Shown here: piece by piece, positions 60,148 to 64,000 of the stretch
Position numbering within the stretch: the first letter of the stretch is position 1
Layout: every line of letters begins with the position of its first letter
Assembly: GCA_024704765.1 (NCBI GenBank)
Contig: JAKMXF010000033.1
Span: 1 to 64,000 of the forward strand
Origin: Oopsacas minuta
Lineage: Eukaryota; Animalia; Porifera
Length of the DNA: 64,000 nt
Direction of reading: 5' to 3'
Made by a program: the position numbers and the translations under genes
Notes under the pieces: generated by a model
Told to the model about the DNA's origin: nothing
The model's input: the letters and a program-made list of their open reading frames with translations, nothing else
The model's database searches: none

Positions 60148-61155
60148 ATGCTCACAGATATATATCGCAAAAGTAATCATGAAGTAAATAATCCTAAAAT
60201 GGCAGCAGAGTTTGTAAAAGGTAATTTTTCTGAGAATTATATTTTGGGGAAATCTCTCGGTAAAGGGAACTGCGGGTTTGTATACGAATGCACTGAACTA
60301 GAGACCAAACGAATATTTGCAGTGAAATTCGTTGCTAAGGGAAATGGTAGCACTTCAAAACAGCTGAGAGAGCTTTCAATGGAAATTAGAATTCTGAAGT
60401 TAGTACAACACCCTAATATAGTACAACTATATGACGTATATGAGAGTATTAAGGAGCTACACTTAATCACAGAGTTATTATCAGGAGGGAGTCTTGTAGA
60501 TTATCTTACAGAAAAAGAATACTTTACTGAAAGAGAATCAGCTGTCTACATCCATCAGCTGGTGTCTACACTCTCTTACTTACACTCTAACCAAATAGTA
60601 CACCAGGATATCAAACTTGATAATATTGTTATCAATAACCGTAACGAACAGCTGAGTATTAAAATCATAGATTTTGGTATAGCTCGACTATGCAATGGAT
60701 CTTTAGAATATCTGTCCGTAGAAGGTACAACTATATACTCACCCCCGGAAGTGTTAAGCTATGAAGTAACTGATTATTCACGTGACATGTGGTCTGTTGG
60801 TGTATGTACATATACACTGTTAAGTGGATACTTCCCTTTTGAGAGTGAAACTGACTCTAAGTTAATGCAAGAAATAATAAAAATGAATTACGAATTCACA
60901 GAGGAATTCGAATATTTGAGTAAAGAGGTCGTTGACTTTATTAGAAATCTTCTCAAACGGGAAAGGAAAGACAGACTGAGTGCTAAATCGGCATTGGAAC
61001 ACCCGTGGCTAAGAAACATCGAATATATCCCAGAGACAAAGATAGACACAAATCGAATAAAGAAACTGAGAGCTAAGATGAGATGGAAATCCTCGTACAC
61101 AGCTTTATCTGTCGCTATTACATTGAAGAGACAAAGAGAATATTCCTTACAGTAG
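60148..61155 (+). CDS. CAMK-group Ser/Thr kinase, DAPK/MLCK-like, intronless
   Basis: GKGNCG loop, AVK, HPNIVQL, HQDIKLDN, DFG, GT..Y.PPE, DMWSVGV, then a basic amphipathic KKLRAKMRWKS segment resembling a calmodulin-binding regulatory helix. Confidence 0.88.
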   Translation: MLTDIYRKSNHEVNNPKMAAEFVKGNFSENYILGKSLGKGNCGFVYECTELETKRIFAVKFVAKGNGSTSKQLRELSMEIRILKLVQHPNIVQLYDVYESIKELHLITELLSGGSLVDYLTEKEYFTERESAVYIHQLVSTLSYLHSNQIVHQDIKLDNIVINNRNEQLSIKIIDFGIARLCNGSLEYLSVEGTTIYSPPEVLSYEVTDYSRDMWSVGVCTYTLLSGYFPFESETDSKLMQEIIKMNYEFTEEFEYLSKEVVDFIRNLLKRERKDRLSAKSALEHPWLRNIEYIPETKIDTNRIKKLRAKMRWKSSYTALSVAITLKRQREYSLQ

Positions 61156-61289
61156 TATACACGATGTGTGTGAATTTATGTGTATTTATGTAGAATATAT
61201 TGTCATTAGTAAGTTTAATAAACAAAATCAAAGCAAATAAGCAAATCTACAAACAAGCAAGTAAACATATAAATATAGCTAACACCTCC

Positions 61290-62420
61290 TTATTTATTCC
61301 CAATAAGAGGTTGATACATATGATTATAATGTATACCAGCATGTCTGTTATATGCTCTCCTCCTCTGAAGTAGTCTCCTGACAGCTTTATATAATATTGA
61401 CGCATGGAGGAGGAACATGAAGAATACAGCGAATACAGTCAGAGAATTAAATAAAAACCTCTCCAAAATAAGGGAAGTTACAGCGATTGCTGTTTGGTGT
61501 TTTGTGAAGAAAGGGGTTGACCATTGAGATTGCGTATTAATCAGCTGTTTAACTTTGCAAGGGTATGCAAGTAGTAATCTGATTAGCGAGATTATAACAA
61601 ATCCCGTTAACACAATACCAAAAAGGACAGTAGAGATGGTGTATAGTAATGTACCATGTTTATAATCATTACGCATCTGTTCTAAGTTCTTATAGCTATG
61701 TATGTCTTCAAACCAAGCATCTAGTGCTCTCCTCTTAATATGAGAATACAGCTTACGACTGTACTTTATGTAAAAGAATAAATGAATTGGGATTATAGAT
61801 ATTATTACAAACGTTAAGACAAAGATAAATACTCTCCACGAGTACACGCTAAGCCAGAGGATTACTAATTGTGTCAACAACAACACAAACATAAACAATT
61901 CCCGTTTAGTTAGCTTTATAACACGTTTATCAGCATAAGCATTAGACAGATAGGAAGTAAGGATATGGACCAGGGACATATAAAGAAGCATGGAAGATAT
62001 TTCTAATGCAAAGAGACCTCTAGCTGCTGTGAAGTCTTGAATATATTCAAAGAAACGATTCCAAGTACAATTTGAATTATTGGGATCTGGGAGTACAAAT
62101 CTGGCCACTCCTAATTCAGTAGAGATTGTCATAATTAATAGCCAAGATTGTAATATCTCACAAGCACAAATAGCAGCTATGAATAAGGATTTGATGTAGT
62201 CTACTCTAGCATTTGTTAATTCCTGTTTACACCTTTCATCTGTTTGTTTCTTCAAGTAATGAATCTTCTTACTCAGGCTTCTCAAACGGGACAGGAAGTA
62301 TAGCAACCATATAGCCGCTAGGAATGCTATACCAATATCTAAGAAGGATATTGATCCAATACTTATGTAGACGAATATTTCAGAAAGGCCTTTATGCTCA
62401 CGAAGAATCGAAAAAAACAT
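61290..62420 (-). CDS. Orphan 7-transmembrane protein, copy B (intronless)
   Basis: 376-aa ORF, collinear with copy A. Confidence 0.85.
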   Translation of the reverse strand: MFFSILREHKGLSEIFVYISIGSISFLDIGIAFLAAIWLLYFLSRLRSLSKKIHYLKKQTDERCKQELTNARVDYIKSLFIAAICACEILQSWLLIMTISTELGVARFVLPDPNNSNCTWNRFFEYIQDFTAARGLFALEISSMLLYMSLVHILTSYLSNAYADKRVIKLTKRELFMFVLLLTQLVILWLSVYSWRVFIFVLTFVIISIIPIHLFFYIKYSRKLYSHIKRRALDAWFEDIHSYKNLEQMRNDYKHGTLLYTISTVLFGIVLTGFVIISLIRLLLAYPCKVKQLINTQSQWSTPFFTKHQTAIAVTSLILERFLFNSLTVFAVFFMFLLHASILYKAVRRLLQRRRAYNRHAGIHYNHMYQPLIGNK

Positions 62421-62717
62421 AATTTAGAGTTCTAAACGATTTTACCGTATTTATACCCAATAATTACAGAATTCATTATTATTTGGTGATATTACTCATA
62501 TTATTTGCAGAGATTATCCCCTGTCTGCAATATTACACAATCACATCTTTACTCATAGGATAATATAGCTATTGATTATATTAGCCTGTAATTAGTATGA
62601 CGTAGCTATAATTCTACATGAATCACCAGATTTATAGTATTATGCAGGAATAATGAGACAAAGAGGATAATAATGGTAATCTCCCAGGGAATAATTGCGA
62701 GTTTTAGGCTTGATATA

Positions 62718-62965
62718 CACTGCCTGGCCAAAAGTATTGGAACACCCTGCCACAATTAATACTTGAAACAAAGGGTATTCTACCATAGTTGTATAAGCTA
62801 AAGATGATTACAAAAAGTGTTGAACATAAATATATCGTAAAACGAATGATAACAAGCTATTGTTCTACTTTCTGGAATATCCATAGAATCTTTCAACATA
62901 TTCTCATCTAATGCCACTTGTGCACAAGTTGTAAACAGTGTTCCAATACTTTTGGCCAGGCAGTG
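62718..62965. mobile_element. Tc1-like MITE, 248 bp
   Basis: Perfect 28-bp TIRs CACTGCCTGGCCAAAAGTATTGGAACAC / GTGTTCCAATACTTTTGGCCAGGCAGTG, flanked by TA on both sides. Confidence 0.92.
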
Positions 62966-63570
62966 TAGCATTCCTAGCGGCTATATGGTTGCTATACTCC
63001 GTGTCTCGTGTTACTTAAATATCTTGGATCAGCTGGTATTTTAATTAATATGTTACGCATGGTTATAATGGAGGTAGAGAGAGAGAGAGACAATTATTCG
63101 AGGGGACTAAATAATGGACAAAAATTCATAATTAGCAAAGTCACTTAATTCCACGTTTCGTCACATTTCGACGAGACATGACACTTGTCTACCCTTGTAA
63201 AATATAATCCACATATCCTATCAAAACATTACAGTAAATTAGATACCATATTTTTGAATAAAATTCACATAATAAGAATAACAATAATCCACAGTACATA
63301 GCTAATAATATTTGGAGAGGATTGTCTTTAAAGAATTGTGTCACGGGGACACTATTAGACAAGAGCTAGTTATGTAAAATAATTAAAACAGCTGTCTGAA
63401 TAGGGAGAAGTGAAGAGGGTGTCATATCCAGCTGGCTTCTGTAAACAAGCAAACAAATAAACAAGCAAACAACAAATACAAACTATCATAACAACTGACT
63501 ATACACACAATAATGTATAATATAATTGACATACAACTGTACTCCCGTATCTACCAGCAGGCCCATGCGG

Positions 63571-64000
63571 TTATTGATCATGCGGTCTTTTACCAGATAT
63601 GTTAACTATACTGCTACGAGTTTTCTTTTGACTCTGTGAGATGGGACCTGTGAGTGCAGGTCTACTGGGGCTAAATAGATACATATGAATAACTAGCTTA
63701 GGTGTTAGATCTATAACATCCAGGATACAGGAGCATTTTCGGCCTGGCTCAGACAAGTTCGAGTCTTGACCGGAGGAGCGGGGTAGTATAAACAAACAAA
63801 CAAATACAAATATTACTACCTGTAAGGTTGAGTAGTATTAATAGTGTTAGCACGTTTGAGCACACTCGGACTCCTGGCATGAGAGACTATAATAGCTTGT
63901 ATAAGAGATATCCAGTCTCCTTTCTGTTTATCATTCTCTGATAGCAAGTACAGGTGCGATACCTCTCTCCAACCTAATATATATTCATATTTTAACACCT
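63571..64000 (-). CDS. 3' exons of a gene entering from the right edge; probable PH-domain C-terminal helix
   Basis: HLYLLSENDKQKGDWISLIQAII fits the last strand and helix of a PH domain and is followed by a GT donor and S/P-rich exon(s). The true end is unresolved. Confidence 0.4.

Overview
Eukaryotic, AT-rich, very gene-dense animal genomic DNA. I can reconstruct about 28 protein-coding genes, most split by short GT-AG introns (~45-90 nt) and separated by spacers of only ~80-550 bp. The style (compact, tiny introns, nested genes, metazoan gene set) suggests a non-bilaterian animal, most plausibly a glass sponge (Hexactinellida); this is inference, not verified. Gene order: EB1-like, ERM, MRPL34, small basic ORF, secreted Cys protein (all -); EYA (+); RAB10 (-); TRPA1-like channel (+) with TMTC4 (-) filling one intron; HDAC1/2 (-); STX7/12 (-); a long inverted repeat; RPS7, Pins/GPSM, SEC24C/D (+); septin, RPL22, aldolase, alpha-tubulin (-); alpha-tubulin (+); catalase, geminin (with an intronless GLUT-like gene nested on the same strand), FRK/Src42A-like kinase, PARN, orphan 7TM copy A (all -); MYLIP-like FERM protein and a DAPK/MLCK-like kinase (+); orphan 7TM copy B (-); and the 3' end of a PH-domain gene (-). 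There are three non-autonomous DNA transposon remnants. No rRNA, tRNA or CRISPR array was found. The strongest leads are: (1) two orphan 7TM paralogs that are a mosaic of ~99% DNA-identical blocks (predicted cytoplasmic face) and highly diverged blocks (predicted extracellular halves); (2) two nested genes, one of them same-strand; (3) splice-acceptor-like sites directly before most start codons, suggesting SL trans-splicing and operons; (4) extreme enrichment of ATCAGCTGAT and AGGTGTTA. Exon structures were assembled by hand and counts were made by eye.
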